From: Syntrophaceae bacterium
GTDB taxonomy: Bacteria; Desulfobacterota; BSN033; UBA1163
Assembly: GCA_013388635.1 (NCBI GenBank)
Contig: JACAEX010000080.1
Coordinates: 5,803 to 69,802 of the forward strand
Direction of reading: 5' to 3'
DNA: 64,000 nucleotides
The translations under genes were made by a program, and so were the position numbers. The notes beneath the pieces were generated by a model that was given only the letters and a program-made list of their open reading frames with translations, did no database searches and was not told the origin of the DNA. Below, in pieces: positions 33,625-44,354 of this stretch (its first letter is position 1; every line of letters begins with the position of its first letter).

Positions 33625-34632
33625 TCACTTGAAGTGTTCAAAACCCAGGCGATCAGGTGAATATTCTCTTCCATCTCTTTGGACGATGCGGAGTCCTTTT
33701 TTTCGATGGACAATTTCTCCGATACGGGTGATCGGTATCCTTAAGGAGTGGGATAGGGTTAAGATCTCCTTCCTCTTTTCTGGAGGTGCAGTGAAAAGGA
33801 GTTCGTAATCCTCACCTCCGGCAAGGGCGATCTCATAAAGATCTTTCGAATAGGAGCGGATCCACTTCCGGTAAGGCCTCGAGAGGGGAAGCTGTTCCTC
33901 CCGGATCCGAGCCCCTACCTTGCTCTCTTTCAGGAGATGGGTTGTATCGATCAGGAGGCCATCACTGACATCGATCATCGCCGTTGCCAGACGATGGCCT
34001 GCAATCGCCTGGCCCAATTCGATTCTCGGTCGGGGAGAGAGGTGCTTCTCAATCAATCGGCTGGCGTCTCCCTTCGCTCCTCCTTTCTCAAGCATCCTTA
34101 GCCCCAGAGCAGCGTCGCCCAGTGTTCCAGAGACAAAGAGATCATCGCCGACTCTTGCCCCTTTTCTGAAGAGAAGGCCTCCTTTCGTTCCTTCTCCGAG
34201 GAGGCAGATGTTGATGATGATCCTCGGAGAGAGCGAGGTATCCCCTCCCACAAGATCGACTCCGAAGCGCCTCGAGCCGTCTTTTAACCCGCGGTAGAAT
34301 GAGGTGACAAAGGAAAGGCTGAGGTTCTTTGGAAGACCAAGGGAGATCAGAAAGTATTTCGGCACGCCGCCCATCGCGGCAATGTCGCTGAGATTGACGG
34401 CTATGGCCTTCCTTCCCAATCGGTAAGGATCGCTCCAGGAGCGCTTGAAGTGGATGTCTTCGATGAGGATGTCAGTGGTGGCGAGCAGGACTTTGCGACG
34501 CATCTCGATCACAGCCACGTCATCTCCGATACCTTGGAGCAGGGCCGGATCAGATGAGCCCGTCCACCTTCTGATTCGATCGATGATGCCGAATTCACCT
34601 ATTTCCCGTAGGATTTTGTCAGTCACTCTCAA
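33625..34632 (-). CDS. thiL: thiamine-monophosphate kinase
   Basis: The AIR-synthase-related fold has the ThiL signature (EFGIIDRI...GDDVAVI...LLATTDILIEDIHF...GGDTS). The start is TTG. Confidence 0.8.
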   Translation of the reverse strand: MRVTDKILREIGEFGIIDRIRRWTGSSDPALLQGIGDDVAVIEMRRKVLLATTDILIEDIHFKRSWSDPYRLGRKAIAVNLSDIAAMGGVPKYFLISLGLPKNLSLSFVTSFYRGLKDGSRRFGVDLVGGDTSLSPRIIINICLLGEGTKGGLLFRKGARVGDDLFVSGTLGDAALGLRMLEKGGAKGDASRLIEKHLSPRPRIELGQAIAGHRLATAMIDVSDGLLIDTTHLLKESKVGARIREEQLPLSRPYRKWIRSYSKDLYEIALAGGEDYELLFTAPPEKRKEILTLSHSLRIPITRIGEIVHRKKGLRIVQRDGREYSPDRLGFEHFK

Positions 34633-34649
34633 CTCCGAACTCTGAACTC

Positions 34650-37001
34650 CTAACTCCTATTCTTGGCGAGAGCGATCCGTAGGACTTCGTCCATATGTTT
34701 GACGGGCAGAAAGTCGATCTTCTTCCGGACGTAGGATGGAAGATCGGTAAGGTCCTTCTTGTTCAGATATGGGATGACAACCTTCTTGATATTGTTTCGC
34801 AAGGCGGCCAGGGCCTTCTCCTTCAGCCCCCCTACCGGCAGGACCCTTCCCCTCAGGGTGATCTCACCCGTCATGGCTACGTCTTTTCGGATGGGAGTAC
34901 CGGTGAGGACGGAGATCAGGGCGACAGCCATGGTAATCCCTGCGGAGGGCCCATCCTTCGGAATAGCCCCGGCAGGGACATGGATATGGATCTCCTTGTT
35001 ATTGAAGGCCTCGGGCTTAATCCGATACGCCTTGCTTTTCGAGCGGGCGTAAGTCAGGGCGGCCTGGGCCGACTCCTTCATCACCTCTCCCAGGTGACCC
35101 GTGAGGATGAGATTGCCCTTGCCCGGAGTGGTGGAGGCCTCCACATGAAGGATTTCACCACCGGTCTCTGTCCAGGCCAGACCCGTGGCCACGCCGATTT
35201 CATTCCGCTTCTGTTCTTCATCGGGTAAGAAGGGGGGAGGGCCCAAAAATCGATGAATATTTCTGGTATGGATGACGGTCTTTTCTTTCTTTCCCTCTGC
35301 CACTTTCCTTGCTACCTTCCGACAGATGGAGGCCAGTTGCCTCTCAAGGTTCCGAAGGCCTGCCTCCTGAGTATATTGAGAGATGATCTGGAGGATCGCC
35401 TTATCGGAGATCTGGAGTTCCTTCGGGCTGATCCCATTCTCCTCCATCTGCCGTGGCAGGAGGAAGGTTCGGGCGATCTTAACTTTTTCGATATCGGTGT
35501 ATCCGGGAAGGTGGATGATCTCCATCCGGTCTCTGAGAGCGCTCGGGATGGGATCGGTCAGGTTCCCTGTCGTGATAAACATGACCTTGGAGAGATCGAA
35601 GGGAACGTTGAGGTAATGGTCGCTGAACGCATAGTTCTGCTCCGGGTCGAGGACCTCCAGAAGGGCAGACGCGGGGTCTCCACGGAAGTCATTCCCGATC
35701 TTGTCCACCTCGTCCATCATAAAGACTGGGTTATTGGTACCGGCCTGTTTGATCGATTGGATGATCCTTCCTGGCATGGCACCGATATAGGTCCGGCGAT
35801 GTCCGCGTATCTCAGCCTCGTCCCGAATTCCGCCGAGGGAGATCCTGACAAATTTCCTGCCCAGCGCTCTGGCGATCGATCTTCCCAGAGAGGTTTTTCC
35901 CACTCCTGGGGGGCCGATGAAGCAGAGGATGGGCCCCTTCATCTTTCTCTTCAATTTGCGAACGCTCAGGAATTCTAAAATGCGTTCTTTCACCTTTTCC
36001 AGGTTGTAATGATCCTCATCCAGGACCTTCTTGGCCTTTCGAATATCGAGGCTGTCGACGGTCGATCTGGACCAGGGCATCTCCACCAGCCAGTCGAGGT
36101 AGGTGCGGACCATGGAGGCCTCTGCCGCATCGGGATGCATCTGCTCCAACCGACTCAGTTCGCGTCGGGCCTCCTTCTCCACCTCTTTTGGCATATTTGC
36201 CTTTTTGATCTTCTGACGAAGTTCTCTCAATTCCTTGGTCCGTTCATCCACCTCTCCGAGTTCACTTCGGATGGCCCTCATCTGCTCTCGGAGAAAGTAT
36301 TCCCTCTGACTTTTTGTGATCTCCTCCTTTGCCTGGGACTGGATCTTCGCCTGCATGGTGAGGACCTGGACCTCTTTTCCGAGAACCTCGTTGAGTGCCC
36401 GAAGTCTCTGGACAGGGTCGAAGATCTCCAGAATCTCTTGGGCCTTCTCCACGGTCAAATCCAAATTGGAGGCAACCAGATCAGCCAATCTTCCGGGATC
36501 GTCGACGCTTTCGAGGACGAACATCAGATCGGGCGAAAGGAGCTTTCCGTAAGAGACGATCCTCTCCAGCTGTTCTTTGACATTCCTCATCAGGGCTTCG
36601 GTCTCAAGGGTGATCTCCGTAATGAAGGGGTCTTTTATATTTTCTAACCTCACAAGAAAGAAAGGGGTGGTCCGGAGGACTTCTTTGATCGAGGCCTTGG
36701 AGAGACCCTGGATGAGGATCTTGACCTTTCCGTCAGGAAGCTTAAGCATCTTCATCACGATGGCCACTGTGCCCACTTGATAGAGGTCTTTCAGGGAGGG
36801 TTCCTCTTCGTTAAGATTTTGTTGGGCCACCAGGAAGATCAGTCGGTCCTTGGAGAGGGCCTCTTCCAGCGCCTTGATCGATTTTTCCCGGCTTATAAAG
36901 AGGGGGAGGACCATATAAGGAAAGACGACGATATCCCTGACGGGAAGGAGAGGAAGTGTTTCAGGAAGGGAGAGCAGGTCTTGTTCAGATCTTTTTTCCA
37001 T
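34650..37001 (-). CDS. lon: ATP-dependent Lon protease
   Basis: 783 aa. LON N-domain, AAA+ motifs ([11 protein letters not shown]) and the proteolytic Ser-Lys dyad region (PKDGPSAGI). Confidence 0.95.
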   Translation of the reverse strand: MEKRSEQDLLSLPETLPLLPVRDIVVFPYMVLPLFISREKSIKALEEALSKDRLIFLVAQQNLNEEEPSLKDLYQVGTVAIVMKMLKLPDGKVKILIQGLSKASIKEVLRTTPFFLVRLENIKDPFITEITLETEALMRNVKEQLERIVSYGKLLSPDLMFVLESVDDPGRLADLVASNLDLTVEKAQEILEIFDPVQRLRALNEVLGKEVQVLTMQAKIQSQAKEEITKSQREYFLREQMRAIRSELGEVDERTKELRELRQKIKKANMPKEVEKEARRELSRLEQMHPDAAEASMVRTYLDWLVEMPWSRSTVDSLDIRKAKKVLDEDHYNLEKVKERILEFLSVRKLKRKMKGPILCFIGPPGVGKTSLGRSIARALGRKFVRISLGGIRDEAEIRGHRRTYIGAMPGRIIQSIKQAGTNNPVFMMDEVDKIGNDFRGDPASALLEVLDPEQNYAFSDHYLNVPFDLSKVMFITTGNLTDPIPSALRDRMEIIHLPGYTDIEKVKIARTFLLPRQMEENGISPKELQISDKAILQIISQYTQEAGLRNLERQLASICRKVARKVAEGKKEKTVIHTRNIHRFLGPPPFLPDEEQKRNEIGVATGLAWTETGGEILHVEASTTPGKGNLILTGHLGEVMKESAQAALTYARSKSKAYRIKPEAFNNKEIHIHVPAGAIPKDGPSAGITMAVALISVLTGTPIRKDVAMTGEITLRGRVLPVGGLKEKALAALRNNIKKVVIPYLNKKDLTDLPSYVRKKIDFLPVKHMDEVLRIALAKNRS

Positions 37002-37473
37002 AACGTTCTAATATCTTTTGAATCAGATTGGAGGTCGAGGAGCCTTCTACAAAGGGAAGGAGGATGACCTCTCCACCCGATCCTTCGACCACCTCCCTTC
37101 CCACGATGGCCTCCTTGGTCCAGTCCCCGCCCTTGACGAGAACGTCAGGCTGAAGGGAGGAGATTAGCTCGAGAGGGGTCTTTTCATCAAATATGGTAAT
37201 GTAATCCACACATCCAAGGCTTGAGAGGATCTCTGCCCTCTCCTCCTGAGGAAGGATCGGTCGTTCAGGCCCTTTTAAGCTGCGGACCGAGGCATCGCTG
37301 TTCAACCCAACGACCAGTACATCACCAAGAGATTTGGCACTCTCGAGATACCGAACGTGGCCGAGATGGAGAAGATCGAAACAACCATTGGTGAAGACGA
37401 TTCGTCTTCCTTCTTTCTTGAGATCCTTGACAATCCGGCGAAGATCTTCTCTTGTCTGAATCTTTTCCTTCAA
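36985..37473 (-). CDS. D-glycero-beta-D-manno-heptose 1-phosphate adenylyltransferase-like cytidylyltransferase (RfaE domain II family)
   Basis: 162 aa. [13 protein letters not shown] nucleotidyltransferase motif and [17 protein letters not shown]. The start is TTG and overlaps the first codons of lon. Confidence 0.7.
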   Translation of the reverse strand: MKEKIQTREDLRRIVKDLKKEGRRIVFTNGCFDLLHLGHVRYLESAKSLGDVLVVGLNSDASVRSLKGPERPILPQEERAEILSSLGCVDYITIFDEKTPLELISSLQPDVLVKGGDWTKEAIVGREVVEGSGGEVILLPFVEGSSTSNLIQKILERYGKKI

Positions 37474-37526
37474 TGATTTCCTCTATTGAAACCGTATCAG
37501 ATTTAATACCCACAGTCAACGACCTA

Positions 37527-37768
37527 TTGGGGTCAGGTCTTGAAATATCATTTTTTGTTTACCTTTTCCCTCCCTGTCACTTTCCTTACCGCGGTATCGT
37601 CCTTTCTGCTGGATATTTATCCAGACCCGGCCGGTTTACAAATTGTACCAAGTGGCCATGGCCTCCGGGCTATGAAGGGAACCCCCCTGATCCTGATCGT
37701 CTCCGAATATCTTCTACCTCGTAACCAATCTAACAAAGATAAACTTATATTTCAAGACCTGACCCCAA
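37527..37768 (+). mobile_element. MITE-like element: 242 bp bounded by perfect 22-bp terminal inverted repeats
   Basis: TTGGGGTCAGGTCTTGAAATAT at 37527-37548 and its exact reverse complement ATATTTCAAGACCTGACCCCAA at 37747-37768. The roughly 198-bp interior has no convincing coding capacity; tracked ORFs 37452..37724 and 37540..37788 run through the repeats. It sits in the divergent rfaE-like/gntR intergenic region. Confidence 0.5.
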
Positions 37769-37823
37769 CTGGTGAAATTTTGTCTTGACAAGAATAATTA
37801 TCCGTGATACCAGAATCTTTAAA

Positions 37824-37851
37824 ATATATTAAAAATATTTTTTTAATATAT
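37824..37851 (+). promoter_or_regulatory. AT-rich palindrome ATATATTAAAAA-tat-TTTTTTAATATAT upstream of gntR
   Basis: Near-perfect dyad 25 nt upstream of the GntR ATG. It could be a candidate autoregulatory operator or an UP element. A TTGACA sits at about 37785. Confidence 0.3.
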
Positions 37852-37875
37852 CGGAATGGACGTCGGAGATAGGTC

Positions 37876-38520
37876 ATGAAGAGGAACGCCAGGAGCAAGA
37901 AAGCCGTTGTTTACGAGAACCTGAAGAACAGGATTATCAACAACCTCATCAAGCCAGGGGAACCTCTCAATGAGGGCAGCCTTTCAAAAGAGCTTAAAAT
38001 CAGCAAAACCCCGGTCAGGGAGGCACTGCAGCAGCTTGAAAAGGAGGGGTTTGTTGAAAATATCCCCGTAAAGGGAGCTTTCGTCTCCAAGATTTCTGTT
38101 CAGGACATCAGAGAGCTATTCGAGATAAGGGAGATCTTGGAATGTGAGGTGATCAAGCGGGCGGTGAACAAGGTGGATCCAGCCAAGGTCAGACTCCTCA
38201 GGGATAGGTTCGTCTCTTCCGAAAGCGAGAATAGCCGATCTGCTCCGAGTCACTTCAGGTCCGGAGATCAGATCCATACCTTTATTTTTGAGACCTTCGG
38301 GAACCGTCGTTTAATGGAGATTTATAAAAGGCTTCAGGATCATGTGGTCAGAAACCGCATCTTTTTCTTCGATCAATCACATCCGGGGCGGTCCGAAGAG
38401 TCCTTTAAAGAGCACCTGGAGATATTGGATGCCTTAGAGGCAAAAGATCCTTTAAGAGCGGAGCAGGCGGTCAGAAGCCACCTCAGAAACTCCTTAGAAT
38501 ATCTGAAAAAGATCTTATGA
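37876..38520 (+). CDS. GntR-family transcriptional regulator (FCD domain)
   Basis: 214 aa. HTH LSKELKISKTPVREALQQLEKEGFV plus an FCD C-domain. Confidence 0.8.
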   Translation: MKRNARSKKAVVYENLKNRIINNLIKPGEPLNEGSLSKELKISKTPVREALQQLEKEGFVENIPVKGAFVSKISVQDIRELFEIREILECEVIKRAVNKVDPAKVRLLRDRFVSSESENSRSAPSHFRSGDQIHTFIFETFGNRRLMEIYKRLQDHVVRNRIFFFDQSHPGRSEESFKEHLEILDALEAKDPLRAEQAVRSHLRNSLEYLKKIL

Positions 38521-38550
38521 AACAAAGAGTCGAGAGGGAGGGATCCATCC

Positions 38551-39222
38551 GTGATCCATGTCATCACCCAGATTGAGAGGCCTCCAAAGGAATTGATCGA
38601 TCGATTTCGTGGGATCGGGACGGCTACCGTTCATGAAGCATCCGGGAGAAAGGGGGCGGTCGATCCGGCGATCAAGCCGATCAGCAGAGGGGTTCGGATC
38701 TGTGGTCCTGCTTTCACGGTTCAGTGCCATCCCCTGGACAACCTGATGCTCCACAAGGCTCTGGAAAAGGCTCAGCCTGGAGATGTCCTGGTGGCAACGG
38801 TTGGAGGACATTATGAAGGCGGCTATTTCGGGGGGTTGATGGCCACCTCCGCCCTCGCCAAAAAGATCGGGGGTTTGGCGATTGACGGGTGCATCCGGGA
38901 TTCTGCTGAAATCATCAGAATGGGATTTCCGATATTCTGCCGTGGGTTCTGCATTCGTGGAACGACCAAGACGGTCCTGGGTTCGATCAATCATCCAACT
39001 CTTTTTGGTGGGGTCTTGGTCAACCCCGGCGATTTGATCCTCGGGGATGATGACGGCATGGTTGTTGTTGAGCGGACAGAATCCGAAGAGGTACTGGAGA
39101 AATCGATCAAAAGGGCAGAGGCGGAGAAGTTGAAATCGGAGAAACTGAAAGCCGGGATCTCCAGCGTCGAGCTGAACCAATTGGAAAAGGTCTTCGAATT
39201 TTTAGGCCTGGTTGAAGGTTAG
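38551..39222 (+). CDS. RraA-family protein (4-hydroxy-4-methyl-2-oxoglutarate aldolase / oxaloacetate decarboxylase-like)
   Basis: 223 aa. RraA/MenG-like fold motifs (GDVLVATVGG...GGLMA...IDGCIRD). GTG start with a GAGAGGGAGGG RBS. Confidence 0.7.
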   Translation: MIHVITQIERPPKELIDRFRGIGTATVHEASGRKGAVDPAIKPISRGVRICGPAFTVQCHPLDNLMLHKALEKAQPGDVLVATVGGHYEGGYFGGLMATSALAKKIGGLAIDGCIRDSAEIIRMGFPIFCRGFCIRGTTKTVLGSINHPTLFGGVLVNPGDLILGDDDGMVVVERTESEEVLEKSIKRAEAEKLKSEKLKAGISSVELNQLEKVFEFLGLVEG

Positions 39223-39226
39223 TTTC

Positions 39227-40273
39227 ATGAAAATTCAGGTAGAAAAATTGAAGGAGGCCTCGGTCCAGATCCTAAGGGGGTTAAAGGCCACCGATGAGGA
39301 GGCAGCCTTGGTGGCAGAGTGTCTGGTCCGGGCCGAGATGAGGGGGATCGATACCCACGGGGTCTATTTTTTGAAACTTCTATCGGACCGGATTGATGCT
39401 CAGATGATCCGTATTCCCACCGCTCTGAAGGTGATCCGCGAAGACAAGACGACTGCGGTCCTCGACGGAGGGAATGGATTAGGCCAGGTCGCCGCTCATC
39501 GGGCCATGAAGATGAGCATTCAAAAGGCCCGGGATTTCGGGACGGGAATGACACTCATCCGAAACACAAACCATGTCGGTATCCTTGCCTTCTATACTCT
39601 CATGGCGGCTGAGCAAGGAGTGGTCGGAATCATGATGAGCAATTCAGCCCCTTCGATGTCCCCCTGGGGAGGGGCAGAGCCTTTTTTAGGGACGAACCCA
39701 CTCTCCATTGCCATTCCAGGCGGTTTAGATGGTCCTGTCGTGCTGGATATGTCGTCGAGCGTCGTTGCCCGGGGAAAGATTCGACGGGCCGAGCGAATGA
39801 AGGAAAGCATCCCCTTGGGTTGGGCTCTCGATGAGACAGGGTCTCCAACCACAGACCCTGCGGCTGCCCTAAGGGGTACGCTCCTGCCTATCGGGGGTCC
39901 AAAGGGGTATGGCTTGGCCCTGATGATCGATATCCTTGCCGGCCTGCTTTCCGGTTCGCGGTATGGCCCTGAGGTCAAGACGTTTCACCAGCCCGAGGGA
40001 CCAACCGGAATCGGCGTCTTCACCATGGCCATCGATATTGAGAGATTTATGCCTCTTCCCCAATTCAGACGATTGATGGAATCTTACGTCACATCGATCA
40101 AGGGGACGAGGAAGGCGAAAGGGGTTTCCAGGATCTATCTACCAGGAGAGATCGAACGCGAAAAAGAGAAGCAGAGCTCAGCAGAGGGGATTGAGATTGG
40201 TTCAGAGCTGGCAAAGGATCTGAACACCCTTCTTCAAAAAGCTGGGAGCCGGCTGAGATTGGGGGAAGAGTAG
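39227..40273 (+). CDS. Ldh_2-family NAD(P)H-dependent oxidoreductase (malate/L-sulfolactate/ureidoglycolate dehydrogenase-type)
   Basis: Family motifs are present (GIDTHG...NHVG...GTNPLSIA...GGPKGYGLALMIDILAG). The ATG at 39227 is preferred over the tracked TTG at 39212. Confidence 0.8.
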   Translation: MKIQVEKLKEASVQILRGLKATDEEAALVAECLVRAEMRGIDTHGVYFLKLLSDRIDAQMIRIPTALKVIREDKTTAVLDGGNGLGQVAAHRAMKMSIQKARDFGTGMTLIRNTNHVGILAFYTLMAAEQGVVGIMMSNSAPSMSPWGGAEPFLGTNPLSIAIPGGLDGPVVLDMSSSVVARGKIRRAERMKESIPLGWALDETGSPTTDPAAALRGTLLPIGGPKGYGLALMIDILAGLLSGSRYGPEVKTFHQPEGPTGIGVFTMAIDIERFMPLPQFRRLMESYVTSIKGTRKAKGVSRIYLPGEIEREKEKQSSAEGIEIGSELAKDLNTLLQKAGSRLRLGEE

Positions 40274-40280
40274 AAGGGCC

Positions 40281-42011
40281 ATGAAGTGGATTATTCGAGT
40301 CAATACGAGAACCGGGAAGATTACGAAGCAGGAGGCCTCAGCCGAGGAGAGGCGATGGGGAGGCCGACTGCTGGTCTCAAAATTCCTTCTGAGAGAGGTC
40401 CCTCCCACATGCGATCCCCTTGGACGTCACAACAAGCTGATCATCGCCCCAGGGCTCTTAGGAGATACCCTGGTGACTACGGCCGGCAAGTTTTCAGTTG
40501 GAGGCAAGAGCCCGCTGACGCGTGGCGTTAAGGAGAGCGATGTCGGAGGAGAGGCCGGGAAGAAGATGGCCAGGCTCGGGATCAAGGCCCTGGTGCTGGA
40601 GGATATTCCTGAAAGAGCCGTGACGAAGATCCTCACGATCACCGCGAATCAAATCGCGCTCTCCGATTCTCCTGAGTTGGGAGGGAAGCCTGTCTCGGAG
40701 ACGATTCAACTCCTCCGGAGGCGCTTCGGTGGCCAGGTCGGAATGATCTGCATCGGCCCCGCGGGAGAGATGAAGATGGCAAGCGCAGGTGTAGCGGTGA
40801 CCGATGTCCAGGATGTACAGATCCGCTACGCGGCCAGAGGAGGGCTGGGCGCGGTGATGGGCTCCAAAGGGATTAAGGCGATCGTCGTGGATGATGCAGA
40901 GGCTGTGCCGGTTCAGGTTTCTGATGAGGCCCTTCTTCGAGAGGCAAGCAAAGCCCTGGCTCAAGCCATCTTAGCCGATCCCAAGACAGAAAACAGACAT
41001 CGGTATGGAACCCCTGCAATCCTCATGGTGGCAAATGAAATCGGCCTTCTTCCAACTCGAAATTTCAGCGCGGGTCAGTTTGAAAAAGCAGAGGAGATCG
41101 CTGGAGAACGGATCGCCGAAGTGATCGGGGCGCGTGGGGGGGAGGGGTGTTCAGGGGCACCCTGTTTGAGAGGCTGCGTGATTTCATGCTCCAATGTCTT
41201 TCCAGACCCATCGGGGAAGAAGACGGTTGCCTCGATCCAATATGAGAACATCGCCCTTCTTGGGCCAAACTGTGGGATTGGCGACCTTGACAGCATCGCG
41301 GAGCTGAACCGTCTTTGCAATGAGGTGGGTGTGGATACGATCGAGACCGGAGCTGCGATAGCGGTCGCCATGGAGGCCGGGGTGATTTCATTCGGTGACG
41401 CCCAAGGGGCCAAAGACCTGGTTCGGCAGATCGGCCAGGGCACCTACCTTGGACGGATCCTTGGAAATGGGGTGGTGATCACGGGCCGCGTATTGGGCGC
41501 AAGGCGTATCCCGGCTGTTAAGGGTCAGGCGATTCCAGGCTATGATCCTCGTGCATTGAAGGGCAACGGCGTCACCTACATCACTTCTCCAATGGGAGCG
41601 GACCACACCGCCGGAAATGCCTTCGAGACCGCTCAGTCCATCAATCCAATCGGTAAAGAAAATCAGGTTGAGATTTCGAGGAGGCTTCAGATCAGAGCAG
41701 CTATCCTCGACACCATGGGCCTATGTCTTTTCACTCGGCCTCCCTTTGTAAAGAGACCAGAACTCTTTGCTCATTTCTTGAGGGGACGCTACGGATGGAA
41801 CGTGGGTTACGAAGACGTCCAGCGAATTGGGATCGATGCGCTGGAGACAGAAAGAGAGTTTAACCGGCGTGCCGGGGTTTCAGAAGAGTTTTATGATATT
41901 CCGGAATTCATGAGGGAAGAACCGCTGCCTCCGAGAAATTCTGTTTTCGACCTCTCTCTGGAGGAGGTGCAGCGAATCTGGGAGGTCAAGATCCCGAACG
42001 ATATGTTTTAG
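40281..42011 (+). CDS. aldehyde:ferredoxin oxidoreductase (tungsten/molybdopterin AOR family)
   Basis: 576 aa. AOR N-domain (MKWIIRVNTRTGKITKQE...) and the C-terminal domains with CxxC 4Fe-4S ligands (RGGEGCSGAPC...C). Confidence 0.9.
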   Translation: MKWIIRVNTRTGKITKQEASAEERRWGGRLLVSKFLLREVPPTCDPLGRHNKLIIAPGLLGDTLVTTAGKFSVGGKSPLTRGVKESDVGGEAGKKMARLGIKALVLEDIPERAVTKILTITANQIALSDSPELGGKPVSETIQLLRRRFGGQVGMICIGPAGEMKMASAGVAVTDVQDVQIRYAARGGLGAVMGSKGIKAIVVDDAEAVPVQVSDEALLREASKALAQAILADPKTENRHRYGTPAILMVANEIGLLPTRNFSAGQFEKAEEIAGERIAEVIGARGGEGCSGAPCLRGCVISCSNVFPDPSGKKTVASIQYENIALLGPNCGIGDLDSIAELNRLCNEVGVDTIETGAAIAVAMEAGVISFGDAQGAKDLVRQIGQGTYLGRILGNGVVITGRVLGARRIPAVKGQAIPGYDPRALKGNGVTYITSPMGADHTAGNAFETAQSINPIGKENQVEISRRLQIRAAILDTMGLCLFTRPPFVKRPELFAHFLRGRYGWNVGYEDVQRIGIDALETEREFNRRAGVSEEFYDIPEFMREEPLPPRNSVFDLSLEEVQRIWEVKIPNDMF

Positions 42012-42106
42012 AGGAGGGCGAAGGAAGAAGTTCGGAGTTATGAGTTCAGAGAAGGAGACGAGGATCAGAGGAGCGTTCTTTGTCCGAGAAAAAGGAGGGC
42101 TCTTAG

Positions 42107-42853
42107 ATGGAATTGAAGGAATTGGTGGCCATTGTCACAGGTGGAGGGAAAGGGATCGGGAAGACCATTGCTGAAAAGTTTTACGGAGAGGGGGCCAGGG
42201 TGGCGATATGGGACATCGACCTTTCCTCCGCTGAGAATTTAGCCATTTCATTGGATCCTTCAGGCGATAGGACGATGGCGGTTAAGGTGGATATTACCAA
42301 TGAGGGAGAAGTTGCCAACGGGACTTCCGAGGTGCTCAAAAAGTTTAAACGGATTGACATCCTTGTCAACAATGCGGGAATTTCCCGGCACAGACCCATT
42401 GAAGAGATGAGCCTTGAAATTTTTGAGTCGGTCCTGAAGGTCAATTTGACCGGGACGTTTCTCTGTTGCCGGGCGGTCACCCCGATAATGAAAAAACAGG
42501 GAGGAGGAAAAATCATCAATATTGCCTCCCTCGGAGGCCGAACGGGTCGACCCGGAGTCGGGATCAATTATGCCGCATCCAAGGCAGGGGTCATCGGCTT
42601 AACCCAGACCCTGGCCCGAGAACTCGGGCCTTCCGGGATTTATGTGAATGCCATTGCTCCAGGCCCCATCCTGACGGAACAGACCAAACAGTATCCAGCA
42701 GAAGTCTTCGCAACATGGAATGTGGGCCGGGCCATCCAAAAAGATGGTCTGCCAGAGGATGTGGCCGACGCAGCCATCTTCCTCGGTTCAGCCCGTTCTG
42801 ATTGGGTGACGGGTGTCACCTTAGATGTCAATGGAGGGATCCTCATAAGGTAG
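42107..42853 (+). CDS. SDR-family oxidoreductase (3-oxoacyl-ACP reductase-like)
   Basis: TGGGKGIGKTIA Rossmann motif, the NNAG motif and the YxxxK catalytic motif (YAASKAG). Confidence 0.85.
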   Translation: MELKELVAIVTGGGKGIGKTIAEKFYGEGARVAIWDIDLSSAENLAISLDPSGDRTMAVKVDITNEGEVANGTSEVLKKFKRIDILVNNAGISRHRPIEEMSLEIFESVLKVNLTGTFLCCRAVTPIMKKQGGGKIINIASLGGRTGRPGVGINYAASKAGVIGLTQTLARELGPSGIYVNAIAPGPILTEQTKQYPAEVFATWNVGRAIQKDGLPEDVADAAIFLGSARSDWVTGVTLDVNGGILIR

Positions 42854-42910
42854 ATCTCCTGCCTCTCCTCTGAAGGAAAAGGCGGGCGGAAATCTGAAAA
42901 TTAGGAGACG

Positions 42911-43273
42911 ATGATGTCCGAGCTAAAAGTTGTCCATATGAAGGATGTGAAAGGCGAGCGTCGAGACCCTCCCCGAATGTCGTGGATCCTCGTTTCTGAA
43001 AAGACCGTGGGGTCGCAGAATCTGGCCATGGGAGTCAACGAGACCTATCCAGGGGGCATGGTACCGGAACACAAGCATGAGAATGAAGAGGAGGTCATGT
43101 TTTTTGTTTCAGGGAGAGGAGTCTTTGTGACTGAAGACAGGGAGATTCCCCTTGAGCCAGGCGTCTGCATCTACAATCCGCCCGGCAAGCTTCACCAGAT
43201 TTTGAATACGGGGGACGAGGTCTTGAGATTCATCTGGATCTATTCCCCGCAGTTACCCAGCCATAGGAAGTGA
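42911..43273 (+). CDS. cupin-domain protein
   Basis: 120 aa. Cupin motifs G(x)5HxH(x)3-4E...G and PxGxxHxxxN (PEHKHENEEEVMFFVSGRG...PPGKLHQILNTG). Confidence 0.7.
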   Translation: MMSELKVVHMKDVKGERRDPPRMSWILVSEKTVGSQNLAMGVNETYPGGMVPEHKHENEEEVMFFVSGRGVFVTEDREIPLEPGVCIYNPPGKLHQILNTGDEVLRFIWIYSPQLPSHRK

Positions 43274-43313
43274 TGGTGAAAGGTAAAAAGTATATTAAAT
43301 GAGGAGGATAAAG

Positions 43314-44279
43314 ATGGGAAATTGGAAGTTACCACCGGAAGGCGGGCACATGGATAAGCCCAGCAAGATCTATTTCCAGACGATGACGAAAAAGGATGTG
43401 GAGGAGCGGCTTAAGAAGAACGATCTGATCCTCATCCCGCTCGGCTCCACAGAGAACCATGGAGCGGCCGGTCCCTACGGCGAGGATATCTTTATGGTGA
43501 CCCGAATGGCAGAGGAGGTGGCCAGGGTAACCGGGTGTACGGTCGCTCATCCGGTCTGTTACGGATCCCACCCCTATCATCATTTGGGACAGCCCGGAAC
43601 CGTCGTCATTCCGGACGATGTCTTCTCCGCTTATCTCAGGGCGATCATGGCCGGTTTCTGGAACACGGGTTTCCGGAAACAGATCTTCATGAGCCTCCAC
43701 GGCCAGGAGTATATCGTCCCCTCGGCGATCAATGAGTTCGGGAAGAAGTACCAGGTCCCTGCGATCATCATCTTCCTCGACATCCCGAGGATCATGGGAG
43801 ACACCTTAAAGGATAAGGCCCACGGAGGCCCTTATGAGAATCCGTTCCAGCATGCCTGTGAAGCAGAGACCTCCCTCTCGATGGCCCTCTTCCCTGAGAT
43901 GGTCAAGCTCGAAGATGCCGAGGACAATACACCCTGGGGATTTTTGCCTCCGGGCCATCTGGACAGGGGAGGGGACATCTACGGGAATCCGATCCCAGGC
44001 CATTGCCAGATCGGTTGCGGCGGCATTGAATGCGTCATCTATCCTGAGGGGGTCATCGGAAAGCCCTCGCTGGCCGACCCGAGAAAGGCATACAAGAGCG
44101 TTGAAGTCTACCTCGATTATGTGAAGAAACTTCACGACGATATTATGGCCAAGTTTCCTGCAGGGGTGTTGCCTGAGAGCAAATATTTGAGCCAGCGACC
44201 CAAGGAGGAGATTGAGGCTCTCCTGAAGGGCCCGATGAAAGGTGGAAGGCATCTCTATACCGTAGCCTTTCCGCCATAA
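43314..44279 (+). CDS. creatininase-family amidohydrolase
   Basis: LIPLGSTENHG motif of the creatininase family, with a GAGGAGG RBS before the ATG at 43314. The tracked ORF starts at 43299. Confidence 0.75.
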   Translation: MGNWKLPPEGGHMDKPSKIYFQTMTKKDVEERLKKNDLILIPLGSTENHGAAGPYGEDIFMVTRMAEEVARVTGCTVAHPVCYGSHPYHHLGQPGTVVIPDDVFSAYLRAIMAGFWNTGFRKQIFMSLHGQEYIVPSAINEFGKKYQVPAIIIFLDIPRIMGDTLKDKAHGGPYENPFQHACEAETSLSMALFPEMVKLEDAEDNTPWGFLPPGHLDRGGDIYGNPIPGHCQIGCGGIECVIYPEGVIGKPSLADPRKAYKSVEVYLDYVKKLHDDIMAKFPAGVLPESKYLSQRPKEEIEALLKGPMKGGRHLYTVAFPP

Positions 44280-44354
44280 CGAATAACCGCATTGAACAAA
44301 GGATATTCCTACGCTCTGCCCTTTGCGATTCGCGATTCAAAGAGGGGGATTTTT

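Noticed and set aside
35253-35978. 241-aa plus-strand ORF and several others between 34695 and 36780
   Set aside because: - They are antisense to lon.
37452-37788. Two small plus-strand ORFs (90 and 82 aa) in the rfaE-like/gntR spacer
   Set aside because: - They run through the 22-bp terminal inverted repeats of the MITE-like element.
- TTG starts and no RBS. They are better explained as non-coding.
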